Assembly: GCA_964506385.1 (NCBI GenBank)
Contig: CAZDNN010000122.1
Span: 1 to 13,302 of the forward strand
From: an uncultured Planctomycetota bacterium
GTDB taxonomy: Bacteria > Planctomycetota > PUPC01 > DSUN01
Direction: 5' to 3'
DNA: 13,302 nucleotides
Below, in pieces: positions 8,130-13,302 of this stretch. Under the pieces are notes generated by a model. The model was given only the letters and a program-made list of their open reading frames with translations, ran no database searches and was not told where the DNA came from. The stretch's first letter is position 1. Every line of letters starts with the position of its first letter. The position numbers were made by a program, and so were the translations under genes.

Positions 8130-8159
8130 TTGACACCTGCCAGCCCGTGAGACTACACT
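8130..8159 (+). promoter_or_regulatory. Candidate sigma70-like promoter for the Gfo/Idh/MocA gene
   Basis: Perfect -35 hexamer TTGACA (8130-8135), 18-nt spacer, TACACT (8154-8159, 4/6 match to TATAAT). It lies about 55 nt upstream of the ATG at 8215, whose ribosome-binding site is AAGGAG (8201-8206). Confidence 0.3.
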
Positions 8160-8214
8160 ACCGCCGCGCCGATGGGGCGCGCAGCCACCGGAGGACAGCA
8201 AAGGAGCCACGGGC

Positions 8215-9450
8215 ATGGCGAAGAAGGTGCGGCTGGCGATCGTCGGGTGCGGCGGCATCGCGCGAGGCCACATGAACGGCTATCGCACCCTCCGCGAGAA
8301 GGGGATGCGGAACTTCACGATCACCGCCTGCTGCGACCCCAATGAGGACGCGGCCAACGAGTTCGCCGAGACGGCCAAGGGCTTCCAGCGCACCCGGCCC
8401 GCCGTCTACGCCGACTACGAGCAGATGCTCGCCGCCGGCGCTGCCGACGCCGCCGACGTCTGCACCCCTCACGGGCTCCACCACACCGTCGGCTGCGCCT
8501 GCCTGGAGAGCGGCGTGCACGTGATGATCGAGAAGCCCATCGGCATCACGGTCCGCGCCAGCCGCCTCATCGCCGAGACGGCCGACCGCACGGGCCTCAT
8601 CGCAGCGACCGCGGAGAACATCCGCCGCTCACTCGGCCAGCGCGTGGTCCACTGGGCCATCAACACCAAGGGCATCATCGGCCAGCCCAGGACCTTCTTC
8701 AGCCAGGGCGCCTGCTACAGCCCCTTCCCAGGCGACGCGCCGCCCTTCCGCTGGCGGATCCAGAGGCTGCTCAGCGGCGGCCTGATGGTGATGGACAGCG
8801 GGGCGCACTTCGTCGACTCGATGCGCTACTTCTTCGGCGACCTCGAGCGCGCCTACGCCGAGGCCAGCCTCTTCGAGCCCGCCAGCTTCTCCGACAACGG
8901 CAAGACCGTGGTGAGCGACTGCGAGGACACCTGGACCGCCATCCTCACCTTCAAGAGCGGCGTGGTCGGCACCTGGAGCTGGAGCAACGTGCAGAAGGGA
9001 CACGGCTACCGCAACGTCGTCTACTACGGCGCCGAGGGCTCGATCCGCGACACCGGCGACGTCTTCCACGGCTTCCAGAGCCTCGGTGGCGAGATCAAGT
9101 GGGGCGACGACAGGACGATGTCCATGCAGGACCTCGCCATCGAGTTCCTCCTCGGCCTCTCGAAGGACGAGAAGGCCCGGCTGTTCCCCTACGGCATCAC
9201 GAACGGGATGACGCTGGAGTGCTGGGACTTCATCGACGCGGTCGCCCGTGGCCGCCGCCCCGAGCTGGATGCCTGGGACGGGTTGAAGGCGAAGGCCATC
9301 AGCGAGACGGTCTACGAGAGCGCCGCCGCAGGGAAGGCCATCGCCTTCGACGACGTGGTGGCCTGCAAGGTCGAGAAGTACCAGGGCCCCATCAACCGCA
9401 GGTGGGGCCTGGCGGGCACGAAGCGGAAGGCGAAGAAACGGCGGAAGTAG
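8215..9450 (+). CDS. Gfo/Idh/MocA family NAD(P)-dependent oxidoreductase
   Basis: ATG at 8215 follows AAGGAG by 8 nt. The N-terminal Rossmann motif is KVRLAIVGCGGIARGHM. The consensus Gfo/Idh/MocA active-site region is (H)VMIEKPIGITVRASRLIAETADRTGLI. The protein has an alpha/beta C-terminal domain and is 411 aa, with an unusual polybasic C-terminal tail (GTKRKAKKRRK). Confidence 0.85.
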   Translation: MAKKVRLAIVGCGGIARGHMNGYRTLREKGMRNFTITACCDPNEDAANEFAETAKGFQRTRPAVYADYEQMLAAGAADAADVCTPHGLHHTVGCACLESGVHVMIEKPIGITVRASRLIAETADRTGLIAATAENIRRSLGQRVVHWAINTKGIIGQPRTFFSQGACYSPFPGDAPPFRWRIQRLLSGGLMVMDSGAHFVDSMRYFFGDLERAYAEASLFEPASFSDNGKTVVSDCEDTWTAILTFKSGVVGTWSWSNVQKGHGYRNVVYYGAEGSIRDTGDVFHGFQSLGGEIKWGDDRTMSMQDLAIEFLLGLSKDEKARLFPYGITNGMTLECWDFIDAVARGRRPELDAWDGLKAKAISETVYESAAAGKAIAFDDVVACKVEKYQGPINRRWGLAGTKRKAKKRRK

Positions 9451-9456
9451 CCGCGT

Positions 9457-9739
9457 GATTTGCGATTTGGGATTTGCGGTTTGCGATTGAGAAGAAAGAG
9501 CAAACACTTCATCCGCAGATTACGCGGATTCCCGCAGATTGGAGAACTGCGCAACCTGGAAGACAGGAAGGAACACGAGACCTTCTCCGGCGAAGCGCTT
9601 TCCGCTGGGCGAGTGGGCCCCTTCGGCCTTCCAGTTGTATCTTGCACTTTCGTGACTGCTCCCTCTGTCCTGATCGGGTGATCTGCGGATGATGAACTTC
9701 TCTTCCAATCGGCAATCGGCAATCGCAAATCGGAAATGA
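9457..9739. repeat. Lower-GC intergenic element of about 283 bp bounded by inverted heptamer-repeat arrays (MITE-like, or a structured RNA/regulatory element)
   Basis: The left end (9457-9489) is GATTTGC GATTTGG GATTTGC GGTTTGC GATTG. The right end (9707-9739) is CAATCGG CAATCGG CAATCGC AAATCGG AAATG. The reverse complement of the right end contains GATTTGCGATTG (9721-9732), matching the left-end 12-mers at 9457-9468 and 9478-9489 at 11/12. There is a nested perfect 12-bp inverted repeat TCATCCGCAGAT (9509-9520) / ATCTGCGGATGA (9681-9692). There is a local hairpin ATCCGC-agatta-GCGGAT (9511-9529) and a direct repeat CCGCAGATT x2 (9513-9521, 9532-9540). The interior is about 50% GC against about 70% in the flanks, by eye. 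Confidence 0.5.
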
Positions 9740-9740
9740 C

Positions 9741-10667
9741 ATGATCGTACGTGACCTGTATCGCTGCCCGCCCGACGACCTGCTGGGAGCCATGGCTGCC
9801 TGCGAGCAGACGGTCGTGCGCTGGGGCGTCGTCCAGCCGGCGTCGGCGCTGGGCGAGGCGGACGTGGCCTATCTGGTGGCCCATCCGGACTTCGATCCCG
9901 CGCTGAGCTTCGTGGCCTTCGAGGGCGGCGAGCCCGTGGCCTTCCTCGCCTCGCGCATCGAGGGCGAGACGGCGGTGTGGGGCCTGCTCGGGGGGAGCGA
10001 CGAGCACGGGCTGGAGATGGTGCTGGCCGATGCGCTCGACCGCTGGCGCGACGAGGGCGCGACCCGTGCCCGACAGGGCCCCATCGGCCTGCTCGGCAGC
10101 GCGCCCCGCCTGGCGGAGGACGCCCAGGCCATCGGGGTGCTGAGGGCGAAGGACTTCGACCTCGGCGCGCCCGCGGTCGAGATGGCCATCGAGCTCAAGC
10201 GGCTGCCGAGCTCATCGCCCGCCGACACGCGCGAGGAGGAGCTGCGCCGCAAGGGCTACTTCGTGCGCGACGCCCGCCCCGACGAGGTCGCCGTCGTGGC
10301 CCGCAAGTACCACCCGCGCCACACAGGGCTCCTGAGCCAGGAGGAGTGGAACGTGCTGGCCCGCCACCTGCGGCCCGACGCCCTGGTGGTCTGCGACCAC
10401 CGCCGCCAGATCATCGGCTTCACTGCCTTCCTCGGCTGGACCCTGGAGACCGACGCGCCCGTCCTCGGCCCCGTCTTCGTCGAGCAGGTGCATCGCGACA
10501 CAGGCCTCGACGCCGTGTTCCTGCGCCACGCGCTGCGCATGGCCAGGGAGGCGGGCAAGGCCGGCGTGCGGGTCATATGCGACGCGGCGCAGACCGGCTT
10601 CTACGAGGCCGGCGGCATGGCCGCGGGCGCCCGATTCTGCCGGCACGCAACCCTCGAACTCGACTGA
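9741..10667 (+). CDS. Hypothetical protein, probably a tandem (double) GNAT-fold acyltransferase
   Basis: Complete 308-aa ORF with typical codon bias. ATG at 9741 directly abuts the repeat element and has no clear ribosome-binding site. Each of the two halves shows GNAT-like secondary-structure motifs: LSFVAFEGGEPVAFLASRIEG...GLEMVLADALDRWRDEGA, and VVCDHRRQIIGFTAFL...VFVEQVHRDTGLDAVFLRHALRMAREAGKAGVRVICD...GFYEAGGM (a motif A-like R/Q-x-x-G-x-G/A, and a C-terminal FYE-x-GGM resembling GNAT FYEKLGF). The call rests on motifs only. Confidence 0.45.
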   Translation: MIVRDLYRCPPDDLLGAMAACEQTVVRWGVVQPASALGEADVAYLVAHPDFDPALSFVAFEGGEPVAFLASRIEGETAVWGLLGGSDEHGLEMVLADALDRWRDEGATRARQGPIGLLGSAPRLAEDAQAIGVLRAKDFDLGAPAVEMAIELKRLPSSSPADTREEELRRKGYFVRDARPDEVAVVARKYHPRHTGLLSQEEWNVLARHLRPDALVVCDHRRQIIGFTAFLGWTLETDAPVLGPVFVEQVHRDTGLDAVFLRHALRMAREAGKAGVRVICDAAQTGFYEAGGMAAGARFCRHATLELD

Positions 10668-10712
10668 GCAATGCGCCCTTGCGGAGGAGTGCGGGACCAT
10701 CAGGAGCCGGAC

Positions 10713-13010
10713 ATGAGACGACTGGCCGCCACGCTTCCGCTCGCGCTGGTGCTGTCCCTCACCGCCTTGGCAGAGGAGCCGTCCGCCATGGCCCGCAAGA
10801 CGCTGCCGGGCACGAAGCCGCTCCGGCTGACCGGCGACCTCGCCGCGCGCATGGTCGCCGGCCTCAAGACCTTCCTGCTGAAAAAGACCGAGGAGTCGGT
10901 GGCGGCGCGGGAGACGCTGTGGCAGCGCGACTTCGCGTCGCCCGCGGCGTACGCCAAGTCGGTTGAGCCAAATCGCCAACGGCTGCGGCGCTATCTCGGC
11001 GTCGTAGACCCGCGGGTGAAGCCGCCGCGGATGGACCTCGTCGCCACGGTGAACGCTCCGGCGAAGGTGGCCGAGGGGGACCGCTATACGGTCTACGCCG
11101 TGCGGTGGCCGGTGCTGGCCGGCGTGGACGGTGAGGGACTGCTGCTCGAGCCGAAGGGTGGGCCGCTCGCCCGCATCGTGGCGCTGCCCGACGCGGGCCA
11201 GACACCGGAGCAACTCGTCGGCTTGGCCAAGGGGCTGGCGGCGAAGGCGCAGTTCGCCCGGCGCCTGGCGGAGAACGGCTGCCAGGTCGTCGTGCCCGTG
11301 CTCATCGACCGCGGGCAGAAGTGGTCGGGCAACCCGCGCATCGGGCGGATGACCCAGCAGTCGCACCGCGAGTGGATCTACCGCATGGCCTACGAGCTGG
11401 GCCGCCATCCCGTGGGCTACGAGGTGCAGAAGGTGCTGGCGGCCGTGGACTGGTTCAAGCGGGAGCATAGCGGCGGCACGGTGTGCGTCGTCGGCTATGG
11501 CGAGGGCGGGATGGCCGCTCTGTGCGCGGCGGCGCTTGACACCCGCATCGACCTCACCGTGGTGAGCGGCTACTTCCGCGAGCGGGAGGGGCTGTACGCC
11601 GAGCCCATCTACCGCAACGTGTGGGCGATCCTCCAGGAGTTCGGCGATGCCGGGATCGCGAGCTTGATCGCGCCGCGCACGCTGATCGTCGAGGCGAGCC
11701 GCGGCCCGAAGGTCGGCAAGCAAGGCTCAACGCCCGGCACGATCGAACCGCCGCCCCTTGCGTCCACGAAGGCGGAGCTCGGGCGGGTCCAGGCGCTCTA
11801 CCGCCGGCTCAAGCGCGTCCACGGCGTCGCGCTCTACGGCGACGGCAGCGGGCCGCCGGGTCGTGAGGAGACGCTCGCGGCGCTGCTGCGCGGGATCGGT
11901 GTCGCCCGCCCACTGCGGCCATCCGGCAAGGTCCCGACCGATCTGCGCAAGGGCTTCGACCCGACGCCGCGCCTGCGCCGCCAGTTCGACCAACTCGTAG
12001 CCTACACCCAGGGGCTGATGCGGCAGGCGGAGTATCGGCGGGCCGAGTTCTGGAGCAAGGTGGACAAGCGGTCGCTCAAGGCATATGAGAAGTCGGTCGA
12101 GCGCTACCGCCAGCTCTTCATCCACGAGCTGATCGGCGAGCTGCCGCCGCCGAGCATCCCGCCCAATCCCAGGACGCGGCTGACCTACGACGACCCGCGC
12201 TGGCGCGGCTACGAGACCGTGCTCGACGTGTGGCCCGGGGTGTTCGCCTACGGCATCCTGCTGGTGCCGAAGGACCTCAAGGAGGGTGAGGCTCGGCCCT
12301 GCGTAGTGTGTCAGCACGGGCTGGAGGGCCGGCCGCAGCGGCTGGTGGATCGCAAGGACGACGGCGCCTACCACCACTACGCGGCGAAGCTCGCGGACCG
12401 GGGCTTCGTGGTCTTCGCCCCGCAGAATCTCTATATCGGGCAGGACGACTTCCGTGTGCTCCAGCGCCTCGCCCAGCCGCTCAAGCTCACCCTCTTCTCG
12501 ATGATCAACCGCCAGCACCAGGTCATCACCGACTGGCTGGCGAGCCTGCCCTTCGTGGACGGCGAGCGGATCGGCTTCTACGGCCTGAGCTACGGCGGGA
12601 AGTCGGCCATGCGGATCCCGCCTGTCGTGCGGCGCTACTGCCTGAGCATCTGCTCCGCCGACTTCAACGAGTGGCTGGTCAAGAACGTGACCATCGACCG
12701 CGGCTACAGCTACATGTTCACCGGCGAGTACGACATGTACGAATTCAACCTCGGCCACACGTTCAGCTACGCCGAGATGGCGATGCTCATCTCGCCGCGT
12801 CCCTTCATGGTCGAGCGGGGCCATCGCGACGGGGTGGCGCCCGACGAGTGGGTGGCCTACGAGTACGCCAAGGTGCGGCGCCACTACGCCGACCTCAAGA
12901 TCCCGGAGCGCACCGAGATCGAGTTCTTCGACGGCCCCCACGAGATCCACGGCGTCGGCACCTTCCGCTTCCTGCACAAGCACCTGCGGTGGCCTGAGCC
13001 GGCGGAGTGA
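10713..13010 (+). CDS. Secreted tandem alpha/beta-hydrolase (acetyl-xylan-esterase/dienelactone-hydrolase-like); the N-terminal copy has a degenerate nucleophile motif
   Basis: Start is placed at ATG 10713, which has the ribosome-binding site AGGAG 7 nt upstream and begins a clear signal peptide (MRRLAATLPLALVLSLTALAEEPSA). The track start at 10671 lacks a ribosome-binding site and would add a non-signal-like 14-aa leader. The C-terminal half has a canonical nucleophile elbow GLSYGGK (ERIGFYGLSYGGKSAM) and esterase-like hallmarks (PCVVCQHGLEGR, DRGFVVFAPQ, FFDGPHEIHG). The N-terminal half has the same fold signature (VYAVRWPVLAGVDGEGLLLEPKG, VCVVGYGEGGMAALCAAALD), but the GxSxG position reads GYGEGG with no serine. 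Confidence 0.75.
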   Translation: MRRLAATLPLALVLSLTALAEEPSAMARKTLPGTKPLRLTGDLAARMVAGLKTFLLKKTEESVAARETLWQRDFASPAAYAKSVEPNRQRLRRYLGVVDPRVKPPRMDLVATVNAPAKVAEGDRYTVYAVRWPVLAGVDGEGLLLEPKGGPLARIVALPDAGQTPEQLVGLAKGLAAKAQFARRLAENGCQVVVPVLIDRGQKWSGNPRIGRMTQQSHREWIYRMAYELGRHPVGYEVQKVLAAVDWFKREHSGGTVCVVGYGEGGMAALCAAALDTRIDLTVVSGYFREREGLYAEPIYRNVWAILQEFGDAGIASLIAPRTLIVEASRGPKVGKQGSTPGTIEPPPLASTKAELGRVQALYRRLKRVHGVALYGDGSGPPGREETLAALLRGIGVARPLRPSGKVPTDLRKGFDPTPRLRRQFDQLVAYTQGLMRQAEYRRAEFWSKVDKRSLKAYEKSVERYRQLFIHELIGELPPPSIPPNPRTRLTYDDPRWRGYETVLDVWPGVFAYGILLVPKDLKEGEARPCVVCQHGLEGRPQRLVDRKDDGAYHHYAAKLADRGFVVFAPQNLYIGQDDFRVLQRLAQPLKLTLFSMINRQHQVITDWLASLPFVDGERIGFYGLSYGGKSAMRIPPVVRRYCLSICSADFNEWLVKNVTIDRGYSYMFTGEYDMYEFNLGHTFSYAEMAMLISPRPFMVERGHRDGVAPDEWVAYEYAKVRRHYADLKIPERTEIEFFDGPHEIHGVGTFRFLHKHLRWPEPAE

Positions 13011-13302
13011 ATGCCAGATAGCAGATGCGAGATGCCAGATGACCCGCTGCTGACGCGATGGCTTGCCCTGTGGGGCCGGCTGGGTGCGAAGGGCGACGGC
13101 GAGCAGGCCTACGCCGACCTGGTGGCGCGCTATGCGGAGCCGCACCGGGCCTACCATACGCTCGCACACGTCGCCGAGTGCCTGACGACGCTCGATGGCG
13201 CGTGCCAACTGGCCGCCTACCCCGATGAGGTCGAGCTGGCGGTGTGGTTCCACGACGCCATCTACGACCCGCATCGCGCGGACAACGAGGCGCAGAGCGC
13301 CG
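13011..13302 (+). CDS. HD-domain metal-dependent phosphohydrolase-like protein, 5' fragment truncated by the window edge
   Basis: Open frame from ATG 13011 (tgaATG, abutting the upstream stop) or in-frame ATG 13032 to the window end with no stop. The translation is MPDDPLLTRWLALWGRLGAKGDGEQAYADLVARYAEPHRAYHTLAHVAECLTTL...VWFHDAIYDP. It contains the H...HD (YHTLAHV ... FHDAIYD) arrangement typical of small HD-domain hydrolases. It is absent from the ORF track, presumably because there is no stop codon inside the window. Confidence 0.55.
   Translation, partial: MPDSRCEMPDDPLLTRWLALWGRLGAKGDGEQAYADLVARYAEPHRAYHTLAHVAECLTTLDGACQLAAYPDEVELAVWFHDAIYDPHRADNEAQSA

Noticed and set aside
7273-8136. 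ORFs 7273..8133(+), 7628..8128(+), 7653..8039(-), 7699..8136(-) in the 680-bp gap
   Set aside because: These are S/P/R/A-rich low-complexity translations typical of random high-GC frames, with no ribosome-binding site. The first overlaps the flotillin C-terminus out of frame. A pseudogene cannot be fully excluded without BLASTX.
8629-9507. 292-aa reverse ORF and 9099..9458(+) inside the Gfo/Idh/MocA gene
   Set aside because: They are shadow frames. The + frame has the Rossmann GCGGIARGH motif and a ribosome-binding site.
9460-9708. Small ORFs inside the inverted-repeat element (73 aa on the + strand, 62 aa on the - strand)
   Set aside because: They have no ribosome-binding site and unremarkable composition. 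The element's inverted-repeat structure explains the region better than a small protein, though this is not excluded.
10671-10712. Upstream ATG (10671) as the hydrolase start
   Set aside because: It has no ribosome-binding site and would put 14 non-signal residues in front of a textbook signal peptide. ATG 10713 has AGGAG at the correct spacing.
13011-13040. ATGCCAGAT-AGCAGATGCGAG-ATGCCAGAT direct repeat after the hydrolase stop
   Set aside because: It lies within the first codons of the HD-domain ORF (both ATGs are in frame). It is most simply a short duplication at the gene start, too short to call an element, though the GCAGAT motif also recurs in the 9457 element.
10212-13274. Reverse-strand ORFs of 503 aa (10212..11723) and 515 aa (11727..13274)
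   Set aside because: They are antisense to the alpha/beta-hydrolase and HD genes, which have clear catalytic motifs, a signal peptide and a ribosome-binding site. The antisense translations are low-complexity.

Overview
This is a high-GC window, around 70% by eye (not computed), with eight same-strand (+) genes and no rRNA, tRNA or CRISPR detected. Most long reverse-strand ORFs in the track are high-GC shadow frames of these genes.

Gene order:
- 302..3391: a large secreted protein fusing an N-terminal class-I SAM-methyltransferase-like fold to PQQ/BamB-type beta-propeller repeats.
- 3946..7532: a compact three-gene membrane stress/remodelling operon of PspA/IM30, an NfeD/YqiJ-like membrane protein with a C-terminal OB-fold, and an SPFH/flotillin-family protein. 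The ribosome-binding sites are good, the gaps are 72 bp and 17 bp, and a strong GC hairpin follows the flotillin gene.
- 7533..8214: about 680 bp with no convincing gene.
- 8215..9450: a Gfo/Idh/MocA oxidoreductase.
- 9741..10667: a tandem GNAT-like protein.
- 10713..13010: a secreted tandem alpha/beta-hydrolase (esterase-like).
- 13011..13302: the 5' end of an HD-domain phosphohydrolase-like gene, truncated by the window edge.

Two things stand out. The NfeD-like gene carries a 12-nt in-frame tandem repeat (period GACGTTGACGCC) encoding about 25 copies of an Asp-X dipeptide (DVDADVDA...). The Gfo/Idh/MocA–GNAT intergenic region holds a roughly 283-bp, markedly lower-GC element bounded by inverted arrays of GATTTGC-type heptamers, with a nested perfect 12-bp inverted repeat. 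It looks like a MITE or structured RNA element.

The gene content (PQQ propellers, Gfo/Idh/MocA, signal-peptide esterases) suggests a Planctomycetota-like or similar high-GC environmental bacterium, but that is inference only.
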